Shown: positions 44,301 to 57,410 of the stretch, one piece after another
Position numbering within the stretch: the first letter of the stretch is position 1
Layout: each line of letters begins with the position of its first letter
Assembly (NCBI GenBank): GCA_040954595.2
Contig: CM082593.2
Span: forward strand, 1,002,901-1,066,900
Length of the DNA: 64,000 nucleotides
Origin: Balanoglossus misakiensis
Lineage: Eukaryota > Animalia > Hemichordata
Direction of reading: 5' to 3'
Program-made: the position numbers and the translations under genes
Notes under the pieces: model-generated
What the model was told of the DNA's origin: nothing
The model's input: the letters and a program-made list of their open reading frames with translations, nothing else
Database searches by the model: none

Positions 44301-47300
44301 CGCGGACATCGTATATACATGCAGACAGTGTTCTCTTATATGTTGTGGCCACATGAAATATACTTACAGTGGACGTTCAATTTCAACTTGGCATCAGATA
44401 CATTGCCGAGGTATTTCGGATTAACCGCTTCACAACGCACCGTGACACCATGGTGACGAGAGGTCAAGTTCAACGACAGGTGTTGCGTGGTGATTCTACC
44501 ATTGAAACTACCGGTGGAATATCTCTTCTGACTGAGAGAAGATGTCATTTCTTCGCTTTCCAGATACCAACGTAAATCAGATGCTGGGTTACTGCTGCAT
44601 GATGTACAGGTCAGCTCCAAGATTGTATGTGCCTCCATGTACTCCGCATGATGTTTGCTTTGGATTTGCATTCGGGTTTTACAGTCACCCGGATACCTCG
44701 GAACTAACAGGGGAAGTAAGCAGAATGTGAATCTTAATAATTTATTTTACTGTTTGGTTGCTTCCATTTCAAGACCACAGAGAATTTTGGCAAAGAATAA
44801 CGAAAATGCATTGTAGAATTTGTACAAGGAGTCTCTTTGCCATGAAATGATAAGTTTTCAGTAATGGGATTCTACAGCGGCTAAGCCTGGTGTCACGGGA
44901 TGGACGGCACATCATCACAGTGCCACTATAGTGTCCACACAGTCACATATCCATAGAGAACTATGTCAGCCACTATACAGAACATCTGTAGCCATACTTA
45001 CAATACACTGTGATTGGAATTTCGATTGAGTTAACGCCAGGCCTTCCAATAAACTTCGAATTCGTTGTAACACACTTGAAGAATGCGCCATTGTCCTCTG
45101 GATTGGAGACTATACTCAGCGTTTGTTCTGCAATAACACCGTTGTATTCACCACCTGTTTCGCTGTTAACGACACTGCCACGCCGAACGTCAATTGGTGA
45201 GCCATTCATGAACCATGATATGGTCGCTACGGGGTTGCTACTGCTCGTTGTGCAGGTCAGGTTGAGCACACCGCCAGACTTCACAGGATCACCGGCAGAT
45301 ATACTGACCCTTTCTGCTTGGACTGAACAAAGCGGTATCCATAATTAGCTTACCAACCATCGAGCCTTGGTTAGAAATTTCAGTTGACTACAACATAAGA
45401 GTCAAATTGTTATGCGCGATGACCAACTGTTTCCACATTAAAACGTTTGATTCCATACATACTTCCTGGTCGACACACCACCTGGCAATGATCCCGTTTT
45501 ACAACCAATGATGATAACTGTTTAATATTCATGCCTACACCTGGACTGAAATCATTAGTATTATTACTATTTTTATTCTGTACTTACAGTAAATGTCGAT
45601 GAAAGTGCTGTTGTTTCCATGTCCCTTCCCACCGATGTCGTCACAGAATTCGTTCTCAGCTCTGCAAGTGTAGACACCAGACTGCTCTCTATCGATTCTG
45701 TGTACGATCAATGTTTGGCCAGATGTTGTTTCTCCAGTCGGGTGAATCCATTCCACGTGACTCACAGCTGGAACTGCATCTACGTTGCACTCTATGCTTA
45801 CGTCATCTCCCTCCTTGGCCTGCCTCACCACTGGTGCACTAACCACTGGATCGTCTGAATGAAAGGTATTCGAACAAAAAGAACCAATATTACTTATAAA
45901 GGGAACACTCCGACTAATATAAGATAACGTGTGTACGTTAACAAGTTCAGAAATGACATCTAGCATATTGCTACTCATCGATCGTATTGGTAATTGTTAT
46001 TTTACTCATCCAATGCTCCAACCACAACCTTCAACCACAACAACCCGAATAATAAACAAAGTTAGATGAGTTCAGTAAAATTTTACACTTACATTGTATT
46101 TCCACAGATGTTTGGCCAATATTCACACCCCGATCACCATTAAAGAATTCGTTACTCACTTCGCACTCAAATAATTCTGGATTTGTGTTTCCTGGATGTA
46201 CATTATCTACCATCAGCGGGTTTGGTCGAGTTGCATCAATTTCACCTGATCTTTTCCATTTTATTAATATTTCTGTAGCCGGTATACCAGGTGTATATGA
46301 GCAGCTTACATGTAGAGTGCTGCCTTTCTTTACACACACTCTTTCGGGAACTCTGGCTGTTGGTGGATCTGGAAATGTTATAAAAGAATAAAATATACAC
46401 ACTTGTTGTTTATTTTATATTGATGGAAAATTTCAATTTGCATACATGTACAGAAACGTGTTTCATCAAAGCATGGTCCTTCCTGTGTGGAAGGATCCTG
46501 ATCAAAGCGAGGCTCTGACCTCAAGGTTTTCCTCATGGCGCCAGTGTCATTTTTTCAAGGTGATTTCGTTGACATTTAGCATATATAGGTAAATCTCCAA
46601 GTTTACATACATTGTACAATAGGCTTTATGTCATCCGGACAGGTCAGTGGTGTTGTTATACTATGGTGGGTCAGTTTACAAGTGAAAGAAGCTCCAGCAT
46701 CTGTTCTGTGTATTGTCTTCCTAAAGGTCAGCGGATTCTCTCCAAGTATTGACGTGTCTTCTCCGTTTTCAGTCCAAACTAACTGACCTGGTGGCGATGC
46801 TTTCGCTGCAATGCTACACCTCATCTCGAAATCGCCCCCTTCAATGATTTCATTGTTGGGACCAAGTCCGGAAACAACTTCACACTTAGGTCCAGAATCT
46901 GAATTGAAGAAATAACGTGAAGTTTATGAAATGTTTACTCGTAAACATTTGTCGAGGGGGGCAATGTTTCTTGATTTCTACAGGCGGTGATTTGCGGAAA
47001 TGATGTCACAGAAATGTTAGTAACACTGTGATAGAACGATACACTGTATTTTGATAGGGCAAAAAGTCGAAATGGGCAAAAATTACAGCTGATGTCTAGA
47101 ATATTTACTCCCTGCATACCAAGTACGATGACTTCGGTGACTTCTCCGTCCGAATCTTCCGAATGATTACACAACCATTCTCCCCCATCGGTCTCAGATA
47201 CTGCTGTGATGACAAGGTTAGCTTCACCATGATCAAAATCACCAGAAACGGTGCAACAATCATCGTAGGATTTCCCATTTAAGGTAACCAGGTGAAACTC

Positions 47301-47752
47301 CCCTCCATGTTTATATCTGGACCAATCAGGTGGCGTATCAGCATTCAATTTACAGTATAGTGTTACAGCATCACCAACCATGGCTATAGTGTTATCTGGT
47401 CTGACTTCCAAGTTTGGAGTTATTCCATTCGCTGTTGACAGTAACAAATGAAAAAAAATGTCTTTACACAAACGGTGCCATGTGCACATTATTGTTTGAA
47501 ACATCTTATCTCTGAAGCATTTTGCAAAGTATAGGTACTAACGATGCAATACTCTTATTTGCATGATTCGACAAATTGAACTTCATGTACATCTAATAAC
47601 CCATTTTGCGCATTTCCTTTCATTTTGCATTTAAATAGTTTCACTGATTATAATGGCAAAACAAAATATATTATAACGGAATTACCTGTATGAGAGTTAA
47701 GTCCAGTGGTCACGAAAATTGCGATTATTAAAACCAGTGAATGACGAACCAT
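41356..47752 (-). CDS. Nephrin-like type I Ig-superfamily receptor: signal peptide, 7 Ig, FN3, TM, ~255-aa tyrosine-motif tail (15 exons, ~1120 aa)
   Basis: Exons 47752-47686 (signal MVRHSLVLIIAIFVTTG), 47431-47120, 46898-46611, 46368-46093, 45854-45588, 45322-45002, 44703-44368, 44204-43905, 43761-43489 (FN3, WQPGFDGG), 43235-43080 (TM), 42873-42846, 42645-42614, 42412-42287, 42109-42029 and 41855-41356. One domain per phase-1 exon. CTxxSSNP C2-set signatures resemble the nephrin/kirre family. Confidence 0.88.
41864..41937. repeat. (AAAT)n-(AAAC)n microsatellite forming the pyrimidine tract of the last Ig-receptor intron
   Basis: About 12 AAAC units preceded by AAAT units. Confidence 0.9.
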
Positions 47753-48045
47753 ATCGAAAGCACGTTAAATAACCTCAACTCAAATAACCTTTTGAACGCC
47801 GTGTAAGATATCAACCTGTTAAAGTCAAAAGAAAAGTCACTAGCAATATGAACGTTTGTTCAAAGAAAATTTTAAATAACGTAAATGTAATAATGCAAAC
47901 GGACAGACAGGAATGGCAACATGGTGTGTTTTTATTCTAACATTTCCAGGCGATTGTACACTATGTTCAGAAAAAAGTCACTGACCCATGGCATTTCAGG
48001 TGGGAGTATTTTGCTATCGAAACTCTTAGTCACCACTCACACGAG

Positions 48046-48101
48046 GAAAATGAAAGATAATTGTGTATAGTAGTTTCCGTGTGACTCATAGGAATTTCCC
48101 C
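48046..48101. promoter_or_regulatory. IRF + AP-1 + kB composite element
   Basis: GAAAATGAAA at 48046-48055, TGACTCA at 48082-48088 and GGAATTTCCCC at 48091-48101, about 300 bp upstream of the Ig-receptor ATG. Confidence 0.55.
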
Positions 48102-49272
48102 GAAGGTAAGTGTGATACTCAGCTTCCCAACAGACAAATACTTGTCTTTGGCTTCACGGAATGACTTCAGACTGGTTTGTGACCGGTCATTTTAAGTACG
48201 ATCACTCTACAAATGACCGTGATAGAAGTAATTTCATCGTGTGAGGTTAGCGAAGCATCTATACGGAATGAAACATTCATTCAGGTCATGCCATGATTTC
48301 AATGATGATTTTATAATTTCAGGAAATGCAATTTTGAGTATTGTTTGTGATATTTATAAGGAAGTAAGTCCGTTTTTGTGTGACCAAGAGTATGCATAAT
48401 GGTGGACTGATGAATGGTTGATCGATATAACACGACAAGCTATCTTCCGCTGCTTGCGTACGTTACAAGTTTCGTGTATTTTTTTACTAAACTGGGTTGA
48501 ATTTCTATCGAGGGTCGTACAATTTTCTTAATGTCTAAAGTACAGCGATAACTATTATCTTCCGTTTCGTCTAAACAACATGCAGGCACAGGGTGCCTGT
48601 CCTACCGTATCGACGACCAGTGTTTTGGTGGTACAGAGAAAGATGGACTTCGGCCCCGTCGTTTCGAGTACCTAATGAGAGCTACCTGAATGAAATACAG
48701 TAAAATAGTATGTAGGTTTACCTTTACAACGGCCTGTTGGTCACTGTATCCGATACAACGAAACGCGATTTCAATTCGGATGAGAAATTGTTAGAAGTTA
48801 AACAACACTTGTTCCCGAAACCGGAAAAGGCACTCAAAGCAGCCAACAGTGTCTGTATGACGTCATCAGAGATAAGCACAGGTTTCGGGAGTTGTACATA
48901 CAAACCAACCCGGTAGTTTCAAAAGCTATTCACTGCAGGTCACCGCCTTTCAACTTTGCAGGGACCATATCAGTCTGCTGTGTCAACATAATTGACATAA
49001 AGGGGGAGGGTCGTTTGAACTGCACATATGCAAACTTTGTTGACTTGCCAACCAATGTAACTTGGAAATATGATAAAAAGTAACGACGCCTTTAGTGACG
49101 AGTCGTGAATATATAGTATTGTGTTAATAAAGAAATTTATGAACTAAAAGAGCTTGCTATTTATTTACAATTTTTTGGCATAACATTATTTTACTTTCGC
49201 TTTTCTATAAGTGAAATACTGCAAACTTTAAGTTTTATTACGCGACTGTCTAAGTTTATCTGCTATCAAATC

Positions 49273-49731
49273 GAAAGCGAAAGAAAAACTATTCTAGTAG
49301 GTATGAATCATCATGGACATCCCATTAGCTGGGTGACCTTTAACCTCTTTTCTCGGTAATACAGGTACTGCAAACAGGCTATGGTTTTGTCTCTTCTCCT
49401 GAGCTAATTCACAATCAACAGGCCATATACCCCAAGCTTTACTGTGTGTGGCTACGCTACCACCGAACTTTATTACAACAATAGTAATAACAATTGAACT
49501 CATACAAGGCAGCTCATAAAATGCATCAAGACCCCGCCCTAAAAAACAGAGCTTAAAAAACCTCTTAGAGGGAAAATCCTCTGAAAAAGCGTTAGGTCTC
49601 ACAGCCAAAACAGAAAAGAAAAGAAATAACAATTTTAACGGACCAGAAGGCGACTCGACTGGCCGGTGGTAGCGCGTAGACTGACCTGATTACCCCACCT
49701 ACATGTACTTGATATTCATACTCCTATAAAC
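49273..49731 (+). promoter_or_regulatory. Probable promoter of the Ig-pseudokinase gene (IRF site, kB site, TATA)
   Basis: GAAAGCGAAA at 49273-49282, GGGAAAATCC at 49570-49579 and TATAAA near 49725, about 105 bp before ATG 49831. Confidence 0.5.
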
Positions 49732-49830
49732 AGCGCCCTCACGAAACAACAAAACATTTATTTCTCTCTATACGTTGTACCTTGAGAAATTACATTTTGC
49801 ATCAGGGAGCTCACCAACAGAGTGCTATAG

Positions 49831-52800
49831 ATGACTTTTCTCACGTCGAGTATTGCTTGGATCATTTGTAGCTTTGTTTGTAACGTGTTTTGCAGTGATA
49901 CGGTTGGTGAGTGGATATTGAAAATGACAATTTGGCGCATTTAGGTCAATGTATGACTTTGTAAATATATGCATTTGTGTTCCGTTTGTGTGCTGGGTGT
50001 TCTTTGTATTACTTGACAAGATTAATTAACGTGTTTTAATTTGAAATTGCTCGACTAGGTACTTTATTTGCTTGAGTAAGGTGATTCATCGCAATGACAT
50101 ATGAACTGTGCATAAGGTAAAAACTGCATTTAGCAATCTGGGTCATTTCGTGTTCGGCATACAGTTAGTGAATTGCAATGGCGGACAGCCTCGCGCTGTT
50201 AATAGTGATAAGCCTAACCAACGGAAACATTTAAACGACCAAGCCTTTCTGAGAATTGCTCTATATGTGTTTGTGGGAAATTTGCTGATACGTTGGTATC
50301 ATAATGGTGGGCGTAACTGGTCAAAATCAGCGTCCTTCGCTTTCCTTCGGTTTCCTTCAGTTTCCTTCGTTTTAGTCTCACCCTCATTAACTAACAGTAA
50401 TAATTCACTTGTTCCGGTTTGTTTTTCAGCAAACTTGATGCGTGCAGGTTATTTATTAGATCCGTAAAGGACCTATATTTGTTTCTAAATTTCGGGGTGA
50501 CCTCAGACTATAGGCCCTACGTTTTGATAGATAAATATAGACATGGCATTTGCCTAATTTGTCTTTGCGTTGTTCACAAAAGCCTTATGTGATTCTATAA
50601 GACAATATCTTTACATAGCTTAGTCGGTACTAAGACGTTTTAAAGTTTATGACGTAGCATTCTAACCATGAGCATAGTCATTTGACATCTGGTATTGTTT
50701 TGCTTTAAGGCAAACCTTCGTGGGAATACGGACCAGACGATACACGAGGTATAGAAAGAAGGAATGTCACGTTTAAGTGTAAACTAAATCTGTATCCAAA
50801 CAGCACACTGCCGCTTTGGTACCAACTTCTTCCCGGAGACAAATACATTCGTCTCTCTCAAGGACCCAGTTCTAACATCGATCGTTTCATAATCACCGGT
50901 AACCACGATATCGGAGAATACAACTTGTTAATCACAAATATAAAGTTGCAAGATTCTGAGAGTATCTGGCAATGTTCGCATATAGAAGCCGTTCCACAAT
51001 ACAAGAGAGCAAAGCTGTCAGTAATCGGTAAGCATGGTTGTTAGTCAATCTATCTGATTAAAATCAGATGTAGGGAACGGCGACGTATTTTACTTATCCA
51101 GTACGGTATTCTTATGCTGTCATCTCACACGAGTACTCGTGTACTATACTCCTTGGTATATCCAATGAACTATTTTGGGCCAAATTCACCAATCAATGAT
51201 CTCACCAGTGACGTTATTTTGTATTTTCTTTCCTGCAGTACCAGCTGATGTGCCAGAAATTCAGATAATAAATGCCACAGAAGGTTCTAATTACAAGTAT
51301 AACATTTCTTGCAAAGTATCAAGAGCTAAACCAAAGGCTGAACTCTTATGGTCGACCCGCGACGCACGAGATTTCATTGAATCGTCTGGAGAAAATAACG
51401 ATACGACGCATCAGACATTGAGCAGTGTCACGGTCTTACACACTTGCGATTCCTATCAACATCAGATAAATATTTCTTGTCGTACTCAACAAGATCATTT
51501 CAATGAAAGCAGGGAATCATGGACCATCATCCCAAAGTACTGCGCCATTTCTGAAGGTATGACTAATCTCAAGGCCATTTTCATTACCCCTATGTGACTT
51601 TTACATCCTGGCATTTTATTGGTATGTGTATTTCGAGTTGAAACTCTAGAACAAAATAACATTGAAGTTTATGTTACAAAGGAGTGAATGTTTTATTTAA
51701 ACGTCGAACGATTTGTGACGTCATTCCAACAAAACAGCTGGGTGTAAGGTTACTCAGGGGTCATGAAAGTGGCATAATTTAACTGAATAGCCAAGTCCCA
51801 GATGTTCAAAATGAATTCGTCCAATGTTGTTCTTCCATTTTGCTAGACCTCGTGGGCACTTTATGTAAAGCATGTTACCTAACAACTCGCGTATGTCACG
51901 CGAAAGGAATGAGTCAGGTGCACGGTCACGGGGCTCGTAACTTGTGAGATTATGTCCAATTATGACAACTGGCAATCTGACATGTATTCTCGTTTCATTT
52001 TCACAGGCAGTTGTATAATCGTTTTCCTGACCACAATTATGTTTTGTGTTGGTGTTACTCTAATCGTTACGACTACGTAGTAAGTAGGCCTACTTAAATT
52101 TCTTTAGCCTCCACCGTGAGACAGTCTTGCTAATGTTTGTATGTCTGTGTGTGTGTGTGTGTGTCTGTGTGTTTGTTTGTCTGTCTGTCTGTCTGTCTGT
52201 CTGACATTATCACGAACCAAATCGGGTGGAATGTATAAACAACAAACTGCAATTTTCAATATTTAATGAACTTCTATGGTAACAGATCTAGATGTGTTCC
52301 CGATATTACTACACCGAAATTAATGAAACTCAACTTTAACTAATAATATTTTATTACCTTTTCCAAGGTTATAAAATGTCATATTAGTTAAAGTTGCATC
52401 TTCTATCTCATGGTACACAGGAATTGAAGGTTTACCAGGCAAAGACTCGTACATAGCCGACGTTGTCCTGTTCAACTTTGAACAGCAGAATGAGGAGACC
52501 AGTATATGGCCGAAGATTGAGCACTTTTCATAATCTCTACATCTATGTCATTATCATAGCCTCTCCATATATATGCGTAACGAAATCTGATTCGAACTAA
52601 CCATTTTCCGATAGATAGGCGGTTTATATATGGAGGACATTCTCGATCGGTACAAAAGACAACCAATACTTGGCCACTTGTGTTAAACTGCACTAAAGTT
52701 ACATATACATATATGCACCTATTCCCGTTTCATACAAAGCTTGATTGCATTATTTGGCAACCAACCCGTACTAAAGTAATTACCAAGTTTCGTGAGGGCA

Positions 52801-55800
52801 ATGCGTGGAAAATCAATTGTCGCGTTCAGCAATGCAGATTTATCTAGATAGAGAACGTTGAAATTGTCTGTCTTTTGTGACCAGGTTGCATATATATTTG
52901 TTTTTTTAGTAGAAAATTAATAAAGTTTCGTTTAAATGTTTAACTAATAAGCGAACTACGCCTATACTAGTACGTGTCTTTTGTGTTCCTATTTGTTCTC
53001 CGACTCTATTTTTGGGGAAAGTTAGACAGTCATTTTCATTCATGTACCTCACTATCACCATCTCCGGAAGATTTAAAATGTTACTCGAAACAAACACATG
53101 TAATCATATTTTACGTTGACAATGGTGGCGCTGTCATCAACGTGCGGCGCGGAAAATAGAACGAAAGGCCTTCTTGGGGTCGTGGGGGTATGCGTAATCC
53201 GGAAAAACCCACTTCACATAATACTAGGTACTTCAAAGTATTGAAACTTCCAGGTAACGTATCTCAATAGAGTTTTGACGAAAGTTTGTCAGCAATTGTC
53301 TGTGCCAGAACAGGCGTGGTGATAAGAAGGCATCGTGGCATGACGGGAAGTCTGGAAAATCAGATATCGAAACGAAGTAATGTTGCTAGTGGAGACAACT
53401 GCAACACAGCCTACTGTCATATCCGTAAGACAATCGAAGACAGAAGCAAGATTTCGCTTTTAAAGTTTCACGATGAAGGAGGGTTACAACTCAACTGGAA
53501 ACCATGATTCAAGCCCCACCTTGAAGCAACAAACAAATCGTACGTATGCGCCATTTCAGAGAATTGTATCAGCGTAAAATCTGCACGGTGAATGCTTTTT
53601 CGACGCGGTTTGAGGTATCACGACAGTGAAAATCATAACATTACATTGAGCTTTTACTTCATCTGAAAACTGGCTTAAAAGTTTTTTTTTTGTACTTTAA
53701 TGTGGCAACGTATAGTAAATCTTGCAGTTTTGACTTTGGTTTGTAAAAAATGAGAACGGTCGAAGTCACCAAAATCTGAGATGATATCTAATCTTCATTG
53801 ATTGATTGATTGACTGGTTGGTTGATTGATTTTATACGAACGTGCAACTATGGAAAAATACTCTCTTATCACCTCCAACTTCCATACATGTCTTCATTCA
53901 TATGTTATTGCAGTTTTCTATGTAGGAGAGCCGAACTACGTCGTTTTATTTACCTGCGTTGGTGGCGGCGCAGTTCTCACCTTACTGCTGGGCACGCTGG
54001 TATTGATCGCCCAAAGACGACAGCGGGCGCCGTTGCCGCGTAAGTATCCTTGCAAATCCATATTCATGTTCACATCATAGACACTGGGTCTATGGTTGCA
54101 AGTTCTGTAAACAAGGTGAACACGACATTTCCTGGAATTAATACACCTTAAAATGAGTCAAACAAAGTCGTCGGTTTCGGCAACACTTATGTCTGTTCCA
54201 AAATAACTTAATTTCAGGGAAATGTTTTCCTAATGCCGTTACTTTACGATTCTATTGTCTATGTTTTCCAATGAACTCAAAACACATAAATATACATGTT
54301 TCTACACGTTCCCATTTCCTTTGACCAAGATTCGAAAGAAGGTGTATGATTGTCGTTTGATGGCGCTCTCATTAGTTTCCTAAGAACTGATTGCTCCCTC
54401 AGTTCTCGTTGATAAATTTACACTTTTGTTATGAAGTATTTATATCATGATAATCAGTTAGCAGTAAGATGAAGATGGAAAGCAATTTGTAATTTGATTA
54501 TTATAGCAGAGCAACAGACAGAAGACATATACGAAAATATGTTGGAAATGGGTATTCGTCATAATGTGATCCATGCTGAAGGTAACGATGCTGGTGACGA
54601 AGGCAGCGACGACGGGTCCAGGGACGACGACGGAGTTGACGAAGACGTGTACGATGACGCTGCGAGTACAGACATGTTACAGACACGTGTAAGAATTGAA
54701 AAATAACTTCGATCATATTCATACGTCCAGTCTATAATTATGTAACCAAACAGTTGCTTTTAGTTTTCAGCAATTTCGTGTTGGTTATTTTACTTGAATT
54801 AACAGGATCCCTCTATCACGTGAGTGATTTTAACTGTTTTTCAAACGTGCTATTTTACAAACAGGAATTGGGTTCGGAGGGACGCTACACTGAACCAGAC
54901 CCTCGGGCTATCTGTAACCATGAATATGTGCGACCGGGGCTAAGAGTTTATGAGGTTGGACGTGATCGAGTTCACATTTCGGGCACTATACACGATGGAA
55001 GATTTTGCCAAATTCACGTTGGCGAGGCTTGGTTTGTTGGTGGTATGGACGGAACAACCAAAGTTGCTATTAAGATTCCAAAAGGTAACTTTCAACCGCG
55101 TACGTCGAGCCATTTTCCCTGCGGGGATTCATAATCTAGCCATACAAATTGGCCACCACAACGTGTTCATGTTGCTATAAAGTAATCAAATCGCTTTTCA
55201 CTCAGTGTCATTATATTTTGTTTGACTTTAATACACAGAGGTTGAAGATTCTGTCACTCAATATGGTAGGATACGTCGTGAAATTGAATTGGTGAAATCA
55301 CTGTCTTCAAATGAGAATATCACAACGTTCCTGGGATGTTGCACACAATTAGGTATTTGATAAGAATCTTGATGTTCGTTGATTTGTATGTCGGTTACCC
55401 AGGATTTTTGGTTCATGAACTTATTTATCAAAATACTTTAAAAAATATTTTTTACACAGACCCAGCGTACTTGATAATGGAGTATGCGTCATACGGGAAT
55501 CTCAAGACGTTTCTGACTGAAAACTGGGCGAGATACGGACCAAGTGACAATGAGGGTGACTCGAAGAGATTGCGATTGTCATTTGCTGTTGACATTGCAA
55601 ATGGGATGAAGTATCTAGCTACAAAGGGGGTAAGCTGATATTTCATTATGATATCAATAACTGATTCTAAGTGGTAAGATTCCACCGACTTTGACAGATT
55701 ATGACCTTAAACGTAATTCTTGTGTATATTTATTTCTCTACAGATAGTCTACAGAGCCCTTGCTGCCAAACGCGTGCTCGTTTGCGACAGTAAACTATGC

Positions 55801-56943
55801 AAGATTTCCAATTTTTCCTACGCCAGCGGTGTAATTGACGAGACAAAGGCGTTCAACAGGACATCGCAGGTATAACTCATATACCAGTATACCTTTTATT
55901 TTGGTGGGGCTATGCAACCAGCAACTAAGGTAACCGTTTGGCAATACAGATGACAACAGGAATTCATTTTCTCTTATCTCTTTGACTGGGTGAACATCAA
56001 AGTTTGATGAAAACTGGGAAATGGCAAAATAGAAAATGGAAATTCTAATGAGACTTGCAATTTATTTTTAATAAGGGTGGGCTTCCGTGTCCCTGGCTTG
56101 CCCTGGAAACTTTAACACATGGTACTTTCAACACGAAGACAGACATCTGGTCATTCGGTGTTGTATTATGGGAAATTGAATCCGGAGGTAAAATTTTATA
56201 TTTTATTTTAAGCTACAAAGAAACGTTATATAACTTTCTGTGATTAGAGTTTTTGTTGGTAGAGTTTTGAAAATACAAGTACGTCAGGTTTGTTTGAATA
56301 CGACTGATTTCCTTGGAAACTGACTATTTGCCAATGTAAGATTAACAAGTAAAAACCCTATGTGGGCCAAGTAAATATGTAGTAATATTTTGCCTGTGTG
56401 CAGGATGTGATCCTTACAGTGAGCTGGACAACAGTGATCTCATAATGAAATTAAGAAGAGGCCACAGGTTGTCGAAACCAGACTGTTGCGAAGATAGGCT
56501 GTGAGTACAATTGCCGAGTTAAAGTTTGAAAAGTGACGCATTGATCAAAGGCAGCAAGACAGTCTGCCTTTTCTCTTACTGATATCGGAATTACGGCATC
56601 TGCATTCATGATGATAGCACTGGGTGAAAGTTCTGATCTTCCACTCACACAATGCGTAATCGTGTTTTATTTAGATACAACCTGACACAGTCCTGCTGGG
56701 CGAAAAAACCTCGCGACCGACCAACATTTTCAAACCTCTTGGACAGGTTGAAAGAGCTCAGAGATTACAGTGACGTAAGTTTTACTCTACAAAATAATGT
56801 CCTCTCTTTCTCTCCCCCGGGCCCTCTCTTTCTCTCTCACTCCAGTCAATTTCGTTCGTGTGTCATGTCACCGTGTATTCATTTGAAAATAACACAAGTC
56901 TGTTTCTTTCCAGGAAACAGTCCCATTGCAAACGTTTGACTGA
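49831..56943 (+). CDS. Receptor tyrosine pseudokinase with two Ig domains (13 exons, ~658 aa)
   Basis: Exons 49831-49906 (signal), 50710-51027 (Ig V, absent from the ORF track), 51239-51556, 53926-54039 (TM), 54507-54688, 54865-55084, 55239-55352, 55460-55629, 55744-55869, 56076-56187, 56404-56500, 56675-56774 and 56914-56943 are phase-consistent with no stops. Tyrosine kinase fold motifs: VAIK, LIMEYASYGNL, DIANGMKYL, WLALE, TDIWSFGVVLWEI, CW...RPTF. Confidence 0.88.
52007..52080 (+). CDS. Alternative terminal hydrophobic exon of the Ig-pseudokinase gene (tailless ~261-aa isoform)
   Basis: Acceptor tttcattttcacag in phase 1 after Ig exon 2. Encodes GSCIIVFLTTIMFCVGVTLIVTTT followed by TAG TAA. 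Confidence 0.6.
52100..52380 (-). mobile_element. Microsatellite-bearing interspersed element fragment(s), DINE/HINE-like
   Basis: Compound (GT)n/(GTTT)n/(GTCT)n tract at 52133-52203 and a short hairpin TTACCTT..AAGGTT near 52354-52370. Confidence 0.35.
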
Positions 56944-57410
56944 CGTGAGAATTCTGCCGCTGCCTTCGCAAGAGAATCAACGATAGCATCCCACAGACAA
57001 CACATACATGTAGATGCATAAACAATAAATAAACTCTACCTGTTTTCCAACCACATTACACGTTCAACTTCACATAAACTCCGTAGTCTGTCTCCGTAGT
57101 TTAACACGTCACCGCAAATGCTGACACGACACTCGGTTCCAACTTGACGACGTCGTATGCTGGCCATATATTGCTCTGGTCCTCTGCTCCTAGCTGGGCC
57201 GGGGCTGTGCAACGGGTAAGGTCGAGCACCCAGACTAAATTGAGAGTCGCTCTCGCCGGAAGCCACAGCCATGTGAGCGATACGCGAGAACAACTCTGCG
57301 TGGAGATTGATGGGAATACGTTATCAGAGGTGCGGACAAACATCATAGGGTCAAGCACGGTCAATTGTCTGGCGTCTCTGCCTTGCACACCTGTTCCAAG
57401 AGTGCAGAGC

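Noticed and set aside
41356-47752. Assigning the symbol NPHS1 (nephrin)
   Set aside because: It has only 7 Ig domains and a divergent tail. Nephrin-like families are often expanded in invertebrates, so orthology is unsupported.
49831-56943. Calling the kinase gene a pseudogene or a PTK7/RYK ortholog
   Set aside because: The frame and splice sites are intact, and the 2-Ig ectodomain and motif substitutions do not match those families.
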